DNA from: Promethearchaeota archaeon | GTDB lineage: Archaea; Asgardarchaeota; Lokiarchaeia; Sigyniarchaeales; SOKP01 | Assembly (NCBI GenBank): GCA_030603385.1 | Contig: JAUVXW010000046.1 | Span: 1-26,605, forward strand | Direction: 5' to 3' | DNA length: 26,605 nucleotides | Shown here: positions 1-9,543 of the stretch, one piece after another | Numbering within the stretch: the stretch's first letter is position 1 | Layout of the letters: every line of letters begins with the position of its first letter | The notes under the pieces: model-generated | What the model was told of the DNA's origin: nothing | What the model saw: the letters and a program-made list of their open reading frames with translations, nothing else | Databases searched by the model: none | Program-made: the position numbers and the translations under genes

Positions 1-542
1 GCTAATTTTGCATCTGGTGATTGTTTAATGTGTGAGGGTAACCAATTCAATCGGTCTTCATTTTTTTCTATATATGGATTTTTTTCTGCCATTATGTGGT
101 CAGTATACTTAGCTTGTTCCGGCATAGGGCCATACCCCGCCTTAACAGCCTCTTCTCTCATTGCCATTAACCATTCACCAGCATAATTATGAATTTCAGG
201 GATCTGACATTGTTGTACGCATGCCATACAAACAGAGCATTGATAAAAAATCTTCGTTAAGTTTTCACTCCATTTGAGTTTATCTGTACTTATAGCCCAT
301 GCCAGTAGATTTTTCCCACCTAAGTAATATGCTTCAAACTTCCCAAATTCTCCAGATGGACACACTCGCGACCAATTAGCATCTTTATAAACTGTCCTAC
401 AGGTCCCACATTTACCACATTGAAAAAATATCTCCTTATAATGCGTTAAATCCTGATGCCTTTGAAGCTTCTGGTTTTCATGAGTCAAAGTTATTTTAGA
501 AATCCCCATTCCAGATATATTTCTTACTCTTCTCTTAGACAT
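1..542 (-). CDS. HdrD/GlcF-like (Fe-S)-binding oxidoreductase subunit, 5' part only (runs off the window)
   Basis: Not in the ORF track. Hand translation from ATG at 542 gives MSKRRVRNISGMG...FQCGKCGTCR...VCPSG...YQCSVCMACVQQCQIP...NPYIEKNEDRLNWLP, open to position 1. Two 4Fe-4S cysteine clusters; starts 1 nt after the stop of the FAD oxidoreductase. Confidence 0.85.
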   Translation of the reverse strand, partial: MSKRRVRNISGMGISKITLTHENQKLQRHQDLTHYKEIFFQCGKCGTCRTVYKDANWSRVCPSGEFGKFEAYYLGGKNLLAWAISTDKLKWSENLTKIFYQCSVCMACVQQCQIPEIHNYAGEWLMAMREEAVKAGYGPMPEQAKYTDHIMAEKNPYIEKNEDRLNWLPSHIKQSPDAKL

Positions 543-543
543 A

Positions 544-1971
544 TTACTCTTCTCCTCTTCCTTGTCCTGGATTCATTATCTTATTTGGATCAAGAATCTG
601 CCTAATTTTTTCAATTAATTCACCTGTAGCGGGAAAGATTTTTTCTTTGTGTGTCTGATACGCCCATTTTGGTGATTTATACATTATCGCACCATCAATT
701 TTTTGAACCCCTTCGTGAATTTCTTTTAAAAGATTCCGTGCTCTTTCGATGTCATCAGGATCATTCTTATTAAAATTAATATTCGTTCGAGCAACACAAT
801 AATGCCCACCAAACATTATTCTACTATAAAATTGTGGAGGTTTATCATATTTTAAACAGATTTCCCTTGTTAAATTATAATAATTCACAATGTCTCTTGT
901 TGAGCAATAAGAGCCAATCCATTGACCACCACCACCTCTTGAGAAATTCCAGCAACCCCAAACCTGAGTTGGGGGAGTATCTATAGCCTCTACACCTTCT
1001 TCTCTTGACATAAGTTGTATATTGCCATTTTTACATATCTCTTTAATAGCTTCACATTGAGCTTCATGTTGCTTAGCAGTAAATGCTTGAGTTGCAATAA
1101 TCCCAATAAAATCTGGCATATTCTTTTCTATAGCATCTCTGGGTACATTCTTCTCATTTAAATTTTGGACTGATTGGCTCCAACCGAGATTAACTACAAC
1201 TATATCAGTAATTCCAAGACCCGCTTTCGCAAGTTTAAGCATTACAGGAATTCCATCATCCATTTTAAGTGTTGCACCCGTAAAAACCTCATTAAAAGGT
1301 AATCTTGGCCATAATTTAATAGCGGCTTTGGTTACGATCCCGGTTGTACCTTCCCAACCTATAAACAATCCGGCTAAATCTGGTAATGGTTGCCTACCAT
1401 ACCAATATTTAGAAATGCTACAAGAGCCTATTTTAACAAGTTCTCCCGATCCTAGTACTGCTTCTAAACCGTTTAGAAACTCAGCACCAGACCCACCAAT
1501 CATACCTAAATCAAACATCCCATAACATAGACATGCTGGAACCACCCCTGTACCTGGAGGTGACCATGTTATTCCCGCTCTTAGATCAGGATGATTTTTT
1601 TCGAGGTATCCTTGTAATTCTGCCCAGGTTATTCCTCCTTCAACCACAGCATACATATCATCTTCGTTTACTTCTAACACTCGATTTAGTCTTCTTAAAT
1701 CAACAACAATTCCTCCTTTTCTAGGAGTGGCAAGAGAGCCAAAATTTATACCAGAAACCCATGGAACAATAGGAATTTTATTAATATTCGCAATTTTGAC
1801 AATTTCCTGAACTTCCTCTGCAGTATTTGGCATAATTACACAATCGCATTTTCCTTCTGGCTCAGCTGTTATAAAATCATAATGGTATAGAAATTGCATT
1901 TCAGGTTGATCTGAAACATACCTTTCCCCAACAATTCCTGCTAATTCCGTAATAATTTCGTTGTTTATCAT
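544..1971 (-). CDS. FAD-binding oxidoreductase, GlcD/D-lactate dehydrogenase (VAO/PCMH) family
   Basis: P-x-T-x-EEVQEIVKIAN, GGIVVDLRRLNRVLEVN, GWEGTTGIVT and C-terminal LDPNKIMNPG motifs; GGTGA Shine-Dalgarno upstream. Confidence 0.9.
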   Translation of the reverse strand: MINNEIITELAGIVGERYVSDQPEMQFLYHYDFITAEPEGKCDCVIMPNTAEEVQEIVKIANINKIPIVPWVSGINFGSLATPRKGGIVVDLRRLNRVLEVNEDDMYAVVEGGITWAELQGYLEKNHPDLRAGITWSPPGTGVVPACLCYGMFDLGMIGGSGAEFLNGLEAVLGSGELVKIGSCSISKYWYGRQPLPDLAGLFIGWEGTTGIVTKAAIKLWPRLPFNEVFTGATLKMDDGIPVMLKLAKAGLGITDIVVVNLGWSQSVQNLNEKNVPRDAIEKNMPDFIGIIATQAFTAKQHEAQCEAIKEICKNGNIQLMSREEGVEAIDTPPTQVWGCWNFSRGGGGQWIGSYCSTRDIVNYYNLTREICLKYDKPPQFYSRIMFGGHYCVARTNINFNKNDPDDIERARNLLKEIHEGVQKIDGAIMYKSPKWAYQTHKEKIFPATGELIEKIRQILDPNKIMNPGQGRGEE

Positions 1972-1989
1972 TTTTATTCACCTTAAATT

Positions 1990-2024
1990 ATATTAAATCC
2001 TTTATATTATTTATAGATTAATTG
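1990..2024. repeat. 35-bp direct repeat copy A (imperfect extension to 1974)
   Basis: ATATTAAATCCTTTATATTATTTATAGATTAATTG is identical to 3786-3820 and includes the stop codon of the methyltransferase gene. Confidence 0.95.
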
Positions 2025-3084
2025 GAAACTTCCCATACTTTTTACATGTATTAATAAAAGTAATAATATTTTTTTCTGGAGTACCAGGTGCAAGGTCACA
2101 TGCGGGGCTTGCAATATATTTCCCATTCTCTCCTACTTCTGAAAGGCAATTTTTAGTGATATCTTCAACTTCTTGGGGTGTTCCTCTTAATAAACTAGTG
2201 GTAGATACGTTACCTGCTAAAATTATAAATTTTTTTCCAATTGATTTAAATGTCTCCTTTAGATCTACATCATCTACGCTTATAATGAGAGTCTTTGGAA
2301 TTTTAATCCATTGTTCTATTATGGGTTGAGTGTAACCACAGATATGAATAAAAATTCCCATTGTATTTAATTTTAGGTTTATCCTCTTTAAATAAGGAAC
2401 GCAAAACTCTTTAAAAAATTCTGGGGAAATAACCGTTGATGATGCAGTAGGTTCTGCGATACCAACAGAATCTAAACCATTTTCAATTTGGGCGTTACCA
2501 AATTCAATACAAACTTCAGATACTTTTTTCATTAATTTATGTACTAGGGTTGGTGACTTTTTCATTCCTCTCATCAAATTTTCAATTCCTACTACATTCG
2601 ATGCGGCTGTAAGGGGACCCTCGATGACACCACTATAAATAAAACCCTTTTTACTATATTTCTCTCGATATAGTTTAGCACAATCCAAAATAACGGGCAT
2701 TCGACCATCTTTTTTAGGATCTGGGATTTCTAATTCATCAACATCACTTAAAGAATTTATTGCAGGCTTGTTAGGCATAGGTAGGACTTCCTTTTCATAA
2801 TACAGCTTAGCCCCAAAGGATTCTGAAATAATATTCAAATCGACTAAACACGATAATAATTCCACCTTAAAGCGGTAATGAATGTCAACTTGCGATTTTA
2901 TTAAATGATTTGCATTTGACACTATTTCCTTAGCAGAAATCCCTGTTTTCTTAAAATATTCATTTACACTATATCCACCTGCTAATAATAACGTAGGAAC
3001 TGTGGATCCAGGAGTTGCAGTTAACCCTTTTGCAAATTCTTCCGATACCCCATACTTTTTTAATCCTTCTACAATTAAACTCAT
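2011..3084 (-). CDS. Uroporphyrinogen decarboxylase superfamily methyltransferase (MtaA/CmuA-like, MT2)
   Basis: IPDPKKDGRMP, GPLT, IAEPTAS, Zn-binding HICG plus SPACD, GNV motifs. Start placed at ATG 3084 after a GAGGAG SD (ORF track extends to TTG 3102). Confidence 0.85.
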   Translation of the reverse strand: MSLIVEGLKKYGVSEEFAKGLTATPGSTVPTLLLAGGYSVNEYFKKTGISAKEIVSNANHLIKSQVDIHYRFKVELLSCLVDLNIISESFGAKLYYEKEVLPMPNKPAINSLSDVDELEIPDPKKDGRMPVILDCAKLYREKYSKKGFIYSGVIEGPLTAASNVVGIENLMRGMKKSPTLVHKLMKKVSEVCIEFGNAQIENGLDSVGIAEPTASSTVISPEFFKEFCVPYLKRINLKLNTMGIFIHICGYTQPIIEQWIKIPKTLIISVDDVDLKETFKSIGKKFIILAGNVSTTSLLRGTPQEVEDITKNCLSEVGENGKYIASPACDLAPGTPEKNIITFINTCKKYGKFPINL

Positions 3085-3107
3085 TTGATCTCCTCTTTTC
3101 AATTGTT

Positions 3108-3746
3108 TTATTGTTTTAAAAAATATGTATTTAAAGTATTAACTGCTTCAATTGCATCTTTACAATAGAAATCAGCTCCAATTTCTTCCTTGAATTCTGG
3201 GTTGGTGGATGCACCACCAATCATTACTTTTACCTTGTTTCTAAATCCTTTTTCCTTAAGCTTTTCTATTATTAGACGCATTTCATCTAAAGTTGGAGAC
3301 ATTAAAGTTGATAAACATAAAATTTGTGCTTTAGATTTTTCAATTTCTTCTATGAAATTATTGGAATGGACATTTTTCCCCAGGTCAATCACATTATATC
3401 CAGATATAGAAAGAAATGTAGATACAATATTTTTACCAATTTCGTGAATATCACCTTTTACAACCCCAATCACAACTGTTGGTTTAACATTCTCTTTATT
3501 TTCTTTTAAATGAGGTGTGAAAATTTCGAATGCTGCATTAAGAGCATCAGCAGATAAGATTACTTCTGGAATGAAGTATTCATGATTTTCATATAATTTT
3601 CCAACTTTTTTCATCCCACTTAAGAGAGCAGAGAAGATCGTCTTTTGAATATCTAAATTTTTTTTAACAATTTCTTGAGCAATTTGTTTAGCATTTTCTT
3701 CATCACCCTCTATAACTGAATCTTCCAATTCTTTTAATAAATTCAT
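3108..3746 (-). CDS. Corrinoid (B12-binding) methyl-carrier protein, MtaC/MtbC-like
   Basis: Four-helix cap (GMKKVGKLYE..EYFIPE) followed by GDIHEIGKNIV (DxHxxG), S-x-L and IGGA motifs. Confidence 0.92.
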   Translation of the reverse strand: MNLLKELEDSVIEGDEENAKQIAQEIVKKNLDIQKTIFSALLSGMKKVGKLYENHEYFIPEVILSADALNAAFEIFTPHLKENKENVKPTVVIGVVKGDIHEIGKNIVSTFLSISGYNVIDLGKNVHSNNFIEEIEKSKAQILCLSTLMSPTLDEMRLIIEKLKEKGFRNKVKVMIGGASTNPEFKEEIGADFYCKDAIEAVNTLNTYFLKQ

Positions 3747-3785
3747 TTTGCTTCAGCTAAACTTCTATTATTCACCTTTTAAATA

Positions 3786-3820
3786 ATATTAAATCCTTTA
3801 TATTATTTATAGATTAATTG
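3786..3820. repeat. 35-bp direct repeat copy B (imperfect extension to 3768)
   Basis: Identical to 1990-2024; lies in the divergent intergenic region upstream of the corrinoid gene. Confidence 0.95.
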
Positions 3821-3842
3821 TATTTTCACATTAATTGATGGA

Positions 3843-4952
3843 ATGTTTGAAAAGTTGGACAAAGTAATAAAAGTATTTGGAGCAGCTTTAGATGCCACAG
3901 ATTTCCCTCTTAGTCTTCAAATTAAACAAAATTATCTAAATCAATTGGCTCAAAATCTCGTAATGGACCCTAATTTTTTAGATCCCTACGAAGGATTACT
4001 TTTATTTAGCCGTGTGTTGTCAAAAGATAAATATCTTAAAATAGGTAAATTTCCTATTGAATCCTGGCTGACGCCTAAACCAAATCTCGAAGATTTATCT
4101 TTAATGAATCAACTGGAATTTCAAAAATTTACCAATAAAGGCACTATTAGAGTTTATTCAGAGAGACTAGCTAACTATGTGAAAAATAGTATATTACCAG
4201 ATTTTCCTTTAATGATCGGAGTAGACCATTCTCTAACTGGGGGGGTCTTAAACGCATTATCTAATGAATTTGGACCGGAAGATTTACTTATCCTTATTTT
4301 TGATGCCCATTTTGATGGATTACCTGCTAACATATCATTGAATATAGCAAAATATATGAATGAGCATCCTGAAGAGACAAATCCCTTGATTTCAGAACAT
4401 ATTAATGCTGTTAATGAAAACGTAAATATTGTAGATACATACACATGTGCTTCCTTTTTGTTTTATTTAATGAAAGAAAAGGTTATATTACCTGAAAATC
4501 TGATAATTTTCGGGTGCCAGGATTATCCAGACATAAAATTTCGATCATTAGATGACCCCCGAATTGTAGAATTTGTCGAATTTTACAATGAAATGGAGCA
4601 GAAAGGTGTAAAATTTATCCCAAAATCTGATTCATCATCAATGATAAGAAATTTGTCAACAATCTTAAAAGAAACTGAAAAATCAAAAATCTATATTTCT
4701 TTTGATATAGATGTAGGTGCTTTAAGGGAAATAATTGCAACTCGGTTTAGGAATGCTATTGGAATCGATCAAACGACTATAATAAATGCTGCTAAAAGTA
4801 TAAAGAATGTAATAAATTCAAAAAAGATTGACTTAATAGGGTTAGATATAATGGAGATTGAAACTTATTTACTCAATAGAGTTTTTCCTAAATCAGGAAG
4901 AACAGATCAAACCATTAAGGTTATTGATAGTTTTTTAGATGTTTTCATATGA
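3843..4952 (+). CDS. Arginase/agmatinase (ureohydrolase) family protein
   Basis: GVDHS, DAHFD and SFDIDV metal-binding motifs and a DIME motif; substrate cannot be assigned. Confidence 0.8.
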   Translation: MFEKLDKVIKVFGAALDATDFPLSLQIKQNYLNQLAQNLVMDPNFLDPYEGLLLFSRVLSKDKYLKIGKFPIESWLTPKPNLEDLSLMNQLEFQKFTNKGTIRVYSERLANYVKNSILPDFPLMIGVDHSLTGGVLNALSNEFGPEDLLILIFDAHFDGLPANISLNIAKYMNEHPEETNPLISEHINAVNENVNIVDTYTCASFLFYLMKEKVILPENLIIFGCQDYPDIKFRSLDDPRIVEFVEFYNEMEQKGVKFIPKSDSSSMIRNLSTILKETEKSKIYISFDIDVGALREIIATRFRNAIGIDQTTIINAAKSIKNVINSKKIDLIGLDIMEIETYLLNRVFPKSGRTDQTIKVIDSFLDVFI

Positions 4953-4958
4953 AGAATA

Positions 4959-5630
4959 CTATGGTAAGACATTTCTGTTTTTCCCAATTGGGCATGATTC
5001 AATACAAACATTACACTCTATTACGGTATAATCAGAAAGATACCTTTTATGAGTTTCCAAATAAATATAGCATTTCTCCTTAACATATTTACCATTTATA
5101 AACGCATTTGCGGGACATGCTTCTATACAAATATTGCATCCCTTACAATACTTACTTTCAGTAATAGGTTCTCCACAAATAAGTGGGGCATTTGTGACCA
5201 AGGCTCTTAACCTTACTTGAGAGCCAAATCGATTAGTAATCAATAAGTTGTTTTTTCCAATTGGTCCTATTCCTCCTAACGCAGCTGCTTCCTTTAAGAA
5301 TAATCCAGGACTATATGAAATAACACGAGAATTAAAACCTTTCTTTAAAAGATATCTGCGAATTCGATGACAAAATTGTTCAACAACAGCGTCAGCAAAC
5401 TGATGGCTCCATACGCCCTCTCCCTCTTTATGGCTCCAAGCATCAAGTACAATATCATATAAGTGAAAACCAATAACTATTACTGTTTTCGGATCATCAA
5501 TAAAGGTATAAGGACGATTTTCTTCTGGATAACGCCCAAACAATAATGGATTGGCAAATCCTACAACGTCTACACCTATTTTTTTACAATATTCTTTAAT
5601 GTCTCTAGTTAGTTGCTGATCTCTTTCCAT
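4959..5630 (-). CDS. QueG-like (epoxyqueuosine reductase / reductive dehalogenase-like) 4Fe-4S protein
   Basis: GVDVVGFA, KEAAALGGIGPIGKNNLLITNRFGSQVRL, CKGCNICIEACP and CNVCIESCP motifs. Start chosen at ATG 5630 (MERDQ). Confidence 0.8.
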   Translation of the reverse strand: MERDQQLTRDIKEYCKKIGVDVVGFANPLLFGRYPEENRPYTFIDDPKTVIVIGFHLYDIVLDAWSHKEGEGVWSHQFADAVVEQFCHRIRRYLLKKGFNSRVISYSPGLFLKEAAALGGIGPIGKNNLLITNRFGSQVRLRALVTNAPLICGEPITESKYCKGCNICIEACPANAFINGKYVKEKCYIYLETHKRYLSDYTVIECNVCIESCPIGKNRNVLP

Positions 5631-5998
5631 AATATAATTCAATTTTTGATTTATTATTTTATAATTATAATTTATACTAATTAGTACTTGTGCCAATTTA
5701 CTTTTTTGCCATATTAGTTCCTAACTTGAGATAGCTAAATTGAATATAATTTAAAACATACTACTAATTATAGATTAACAACAAATTCAAAAATTTAGAC
5801 AATAAGAGTTAAACCACATCTATTTATTTTATTAACCATATATTTATTATAGAAACCAAATTTAATAGTTTAATATTATAATAAAATATTATTAAGGTTG
5901 ATTTATACAAGATTTATAACAGATATCAATCATTAATAATTAAAATATAATAGTAAAAATCCAAAAGTCTGACCTTAAACGGGGAAAGGTATTTAAGA

Positions 5999-6532
5999 AT
6001 GTATGATGCTACTTATAAGGTAGTAATTTTCGGCGATGCGGGTTGCGGTAAAACCACACTAACACAGAGATTCCTTACTAATTTATTTAAGTCAGATACA
6101 AAAATGACTATAGGCGTAGATTTTGAAGTAAAGAGTATGGATATTAACGGAAAAAAAGTAAAGCTTCAGATTTGGGATTTTGGTGGCGAAGAAAGGTTCA
6201 GGTTTTTATTGCCTACTTATGTTAGAGGTGCTAATGGTGCTCTTTTTATGTATGATGTAACGAATTATTCATCCTTAGCCCATATTGATGATTGGATGTT
6301 AGTTGTTCGAAAGGAGATTAAATCAGAACCAGACACATTTCCAATTATAGTCGTTGGTGGTAAGGCAGATCTTATAGATGATCGGGAAGTTACTGGTGAT
6401 GAGGGTATCAACATTGCAAAATCAAGGGGCGTAGATGGCTTTATAGAATGTAGCTCAAAATCGGGTGATAATGTTGAGGAAACTTTCGATGCTTTGACCC
6501 GCTTAATGATACAAAAATCAAAATTGCTTTGA
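5999..6532 (+). CDS. Rab-like small GTPase (Ras superfamily; Asgard eukaryotic signature protein)
   Basis: G1 GDAGCGKT, G2 TIGVDF, G3 WDFGGE, RF..L..Y.RGA, G4 GKAD, G5 CSSK. Confidence 0.93.
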   Translation: MYDATYKVVIFGDAGCGKTTLTQRFLTNLFKSDTKMTIGVDFEVKSMDINGKKVKLQIWDFGGEERFRFLLPTYVRGANGALFMYDVTNYSSLAHIDDWMLVVRKEIKSEPDTFPIIVVGGKADLIDDREVTGDEGINIAKSRGVDGFIECSSKSGDNVEETFDALTRLMIQKSKLL

Positions 6533-6591
6533 GAAAAATAAATTAAAAAATATTGAGAAATCTCTTTTTTAAAATAATATAGAAGTAATGT

Positions 6592-7530
6592 TTACAAATC
6601 TTCCTCTTGACTTTCTAAAGCTTCTTGTTGCTTTAGTCTTAAAGTTTTTCTTCGGTTAGATACCATTATTTGAAAATCTAAATCCTTCTTATATCCAACA
6701 GCGAATTTTAAAATATTTTCAATAATATATTCTTCGCTTGTTTCTCCCTTAATGTAGATTCCATCAAACATAGGTATTTCAGAATACTTTCCTACCAAAA
6801 TTTCTAACATTTCTTCAGGCAACACGTCAGATCTATCTTTAATTGCTACACTCATCAATTCTTCTAGTTTACCATACATTTCTCGTTTACTAAATTGACA
6901 AAGCACGCATTTAGAGCTTCGATTTTTGAAAATGTTTATAATAATTAACCCTATCAGAAATTTAAAATTTCTTATTAGAGTATTCTTATCTCCACTGTGA
7001 AATTTTGCAATATATTGGTCAACAAACTTTTCTGCCATGAAATACAAATCAGCAAAATACAATGCTCTCTCAAAATAAGCTGGAACAATACAAAATATTC
7101 TAGTGAACCAGAATGGCTTTATTCCTTTTGGGGGGTCCTCGTAGAAAATATAATAAACTATTCTACCATCTCTTTCTTTATATAGGGTAGATTCTTTTTT
7201 TAGCATATTCAAATAGGTTGAAATAGTTGATCGAGCGATTTCTTTAAAATATTTTTTATACTCTTGCTCAACCTCTCCAGTAGTAATCTTATTTTTCCCT
7301 TCTAAATAGAACTTTAATATTATTCCTAAAATTCTATTTTCATGGAGCCTTCCCGTTTTAATTTGCTGTTCTTCTGACTCATCTTCCCGAATATGATATA
7401 AATAGGCTATTTCTGGGGCAAATTCTTGAATTACTTTATCAATTATTAGAATTTCAGAATCTTGTATCTGAATGCTATCGAGTTTATCAGTTTTAATATT
7501 AAAATCTTTTATTTTAGAATTTTCCGACAA
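6592..7530 (-). CDS. Hypothetical protein with winged-HTH domain (putative transcriptional regulator)
   Basis: ITTGEVEQEY...IARSTISTYLNMLKKESTLYKERDGRIVYY resembles a wHTH recognition helix and wing; CxxC in the C-terminal half. Confidence 0.6.
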   Translation of the reverse strand: MSENSKIKDFNIKTDKLDSIQIQDSEILIIDKVIQEFAPEIAYLYHIREDESEEQQIKTGRLHENRILGIILKFYLEGKNKITTGEVEQEYKKYFKEIARSTISTYLNMLKKESTLYKERDGRIVYYIFYEDPPKGIKPFWFTRIFCIVPAYFERALYFADLYFMAEKFVDQYIAKFHSGDKNTLIRNFKFLIGLIIINIFKNRSSKCVLCQFSKREMYGKLEELMSVAIKDRSDVLPEEMLEILVGKYSEIPMFDGIYIKGETSEEYIIENILKFAVGYKKDLDFQIMVSNRRKTLRLKQQEALESQEEDL

Positions 7531-7770
7531 GCCTTGATTACTCTTTATTGTAAATTTATTTTTATCTATATCTCATTATTAAAAAAAATAATACTTCTTA
7601 ATAATAATTTATGTTCGTCTAAATTAGAACATTGTTTATTTATTTATGTTTCGACGAAAATCATCTATATTTTAAGATATAATGAGATATTTACTTTATT
7701 CATCTCCTTTTAACGAATTAATATTTCTGTTATATCTCAAGCAATAATGTACAAACACACCAATATATCA

Positions 7771-9543
7771 CTATTTCTTGTACATCGGATCTGCTTCTTG
7801 TAATGCACGTCTTTGCACTTTTCCTATGAAATTTTTAGGGAGATCACCCATTATTGAAATCGAATATGGGCATTTATATGGAGCCATATTATTTTTTGCC
7901 CATTCTTTTATGGATTGAGGTGATAAATCGCAATCTTCACGAATAGCAACCCAAGCTTTAACAATTTCACCAAATTCCTCGTGAGGTAAACCCGCAACAG
8001 CAGCTTCAGTAATATCAGGGTGCTTCATGAGAAGCTCTTCAACTTCCTTAGGGAAAACGGAATATCCTTTACATTTTATGACTTGCTTTTTTCGATCTCT
8101 GATTTCTACTGTACCATCTTCATTCATAAACCCAATATCTCCTGTTAAAAGCCAAATCTTACCATTATATTTTTTAAGTGTATCTACGGTTTCATCTGGT
8201 ATATCTAGATATCCACGCATTACTTGTGGACCAGTAATACATATCTCACCACTATTTTCTATACCAAATTTCGTGTCTTCTGGATTCCCAAGGCATATAG
8301 GTCCTTCAGAAAAATCATCAACAGGCCATATCCCCCATTCTGTACCTGGAAAGGGCATTCCTATGCTTCCAATGGGACTTTCACCAAATAAATTACCTAC
8401 ACTTACAGCTGGACTTGCCTCTGATAATCCATATCCTTCAACTATTCTTCCACCTGTACTCTCAACGAATTCATCTCGAACCTGTTTGTGTAGTGGACCT
8501 GCACTTGAAATACATAAAATTAACTTTCCCATTACTCCAGGGAATCTTCTTCTAAGATTTTTGAATTCTGCTAATCTTTTAAACAACATTTCTGTACCCG
8601 CATCTATCAACCCTTCTTCACATGGTAATCGCTCAATAACCTCACATAACTCGTTTTGGGAAGGAGGTGTTGGAAAGAGCATTATCCACCCCCCTATTGC
8701 CAAGGTTGTGTTCATAACTACTGTATGGGCGAAACTATGAAACAAAGGAAGTATTCCTATGTTTCCAATTTCCGGCCTTTCCCCTCCTAACCATAATTTA
8801 CATTGTTTTGCATTAGACACTACGTTAAAATGCGTCAAAACTGCAGCTTTAGGTAAACCAGTTGTACCCCCTGTCATAATATAAGTAGCAGGATGTGATC
8901 TAACATCAATTTTAACATCATCGAATTTCGGTTCTGTCTTTAAAAGATCATTAAACTTTATAGCACCTGGAAAATCTACCTTGCCAGTAGGAATTCTTTT
9001 TACAAATTTTCCAATTGCCTTTTTTACGCCTTTAATGTTCGTAAGATCAGCAAGATTGGTATAAACAATTGTTTTTATATTTGTATCATCTATGATTGGT
9101 TTTAAAAATTGTTCATACAGGGCATCTAATACAATTAACATTTTAGGCTTCGTTATATCAAGCTGATGCAAAATTTCAATTGGTTGATAAGTAGGGTTGA
9201 TTCCATTTGCAACTGCTCCTATTCTCGTAATAGCATAATATGCAATTATATATTGGACGCAATTAGGTAGATGCATTGCCACTACATCACCCCTTTTAAT
9301 CCCCAAATTATCCAATGATCTAGCTAAAGATTTAACATAATCTTGAAATTGTTTATAGGTGATCCATGTATCTAAGAACCATATAAAATTTTTTTCAGCA
9401 AATTTTTTTACTTGATCATCTAAAATTTCATTTATAGTCTTTTCTTCAAAGATTGTGTTATAAGGAACTCCTTCGGGCCACCATTTTTTAAACCACCGTT
9501 TGCCTTCGTCCACATAGAAGGGATCTGAAATATCTAACTCCAT
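7771..9543 (-). CDS. Long-chain fatty acid-CoA ligase (AMP-binding, FadD-like)
   Basis: YIMTGGTTGLPKA P-loop, EGYGLSE, TGDIG, DRKK, PKEVE and LPKNFIGKVQR motifs. Confidence 0.92.
   Translation of the reverse strand: MELDISDPFYVDEGKRWFKKWWPEGVPYNTIFEEKTINEILDDQVKKFAEKNFIWFLDTWITYKQFQDYVKSLARSLDNLGIKRGDVVAMHLPNCVQYIIAYYAITRIGAVANGINPTYQPIEILHQLDITKPKMLIVLDALYEQFLKPIIDDTNIKTIVYTNLADLTNIKGVKKAIGKFVKRIPTGKVDFPGAIKFNDLLKTEPKFDDVKIDVRSHPATYIMTGGTTGLPKAAVLTHFNVVSNAKQCKLWLGGERPEIGNIGILPLFHSFAHTVVMNTTLAIGGWIMLFPTPPSQNELCEVIERLPCEEGLIDAGTEMLFKRLAEFKNLRRRFPGVMGKLILCISSAGPLHKQVRDEFVESTGGRIVEGYGLSEASPAVSVGNLFGESPIGSIGMPFPGTEWGIWPVDDFSEGPICLGNPEDTKFGIENSGEICITGPQVMRGYLDIPDETVDTLKKYNGKIWLLTGDIGFMNEDGTVEIRDRKKQVIKCKGYSVFPKEVEELLMKHPDITEAAVAGLPHEEFGEIVKAWVAIREDCDLSPQSIKEWAKNNMAPYKCPYSISIMGDLPKNFIGKVQRRALQEADPMYKK

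Noticed and set aside
5952-5975. AGTAAAAATCCAAAAGTCTGACC upstream of the GTPase, loosely like the reverse complement of the 22-bp repeat
   Set aside because: Only a 7-nt exact match (AGTCTGA) and the dyad is broken; compatible with chance.
8027-8740. 237-aa plus-strand ORF, and the other short ORFs overlapping called genes (1328, 1533, 3190, 3324, 4175, 6997, 7462, 10883, 11690, 13089, 13599, 19228, 19448, 20602, 23130, 23834, 24839)
   Set aside because: Antisense or out-of-frame shadows of well-supported genes, or low-complexity AT-rich intergenic frames with no motifs.
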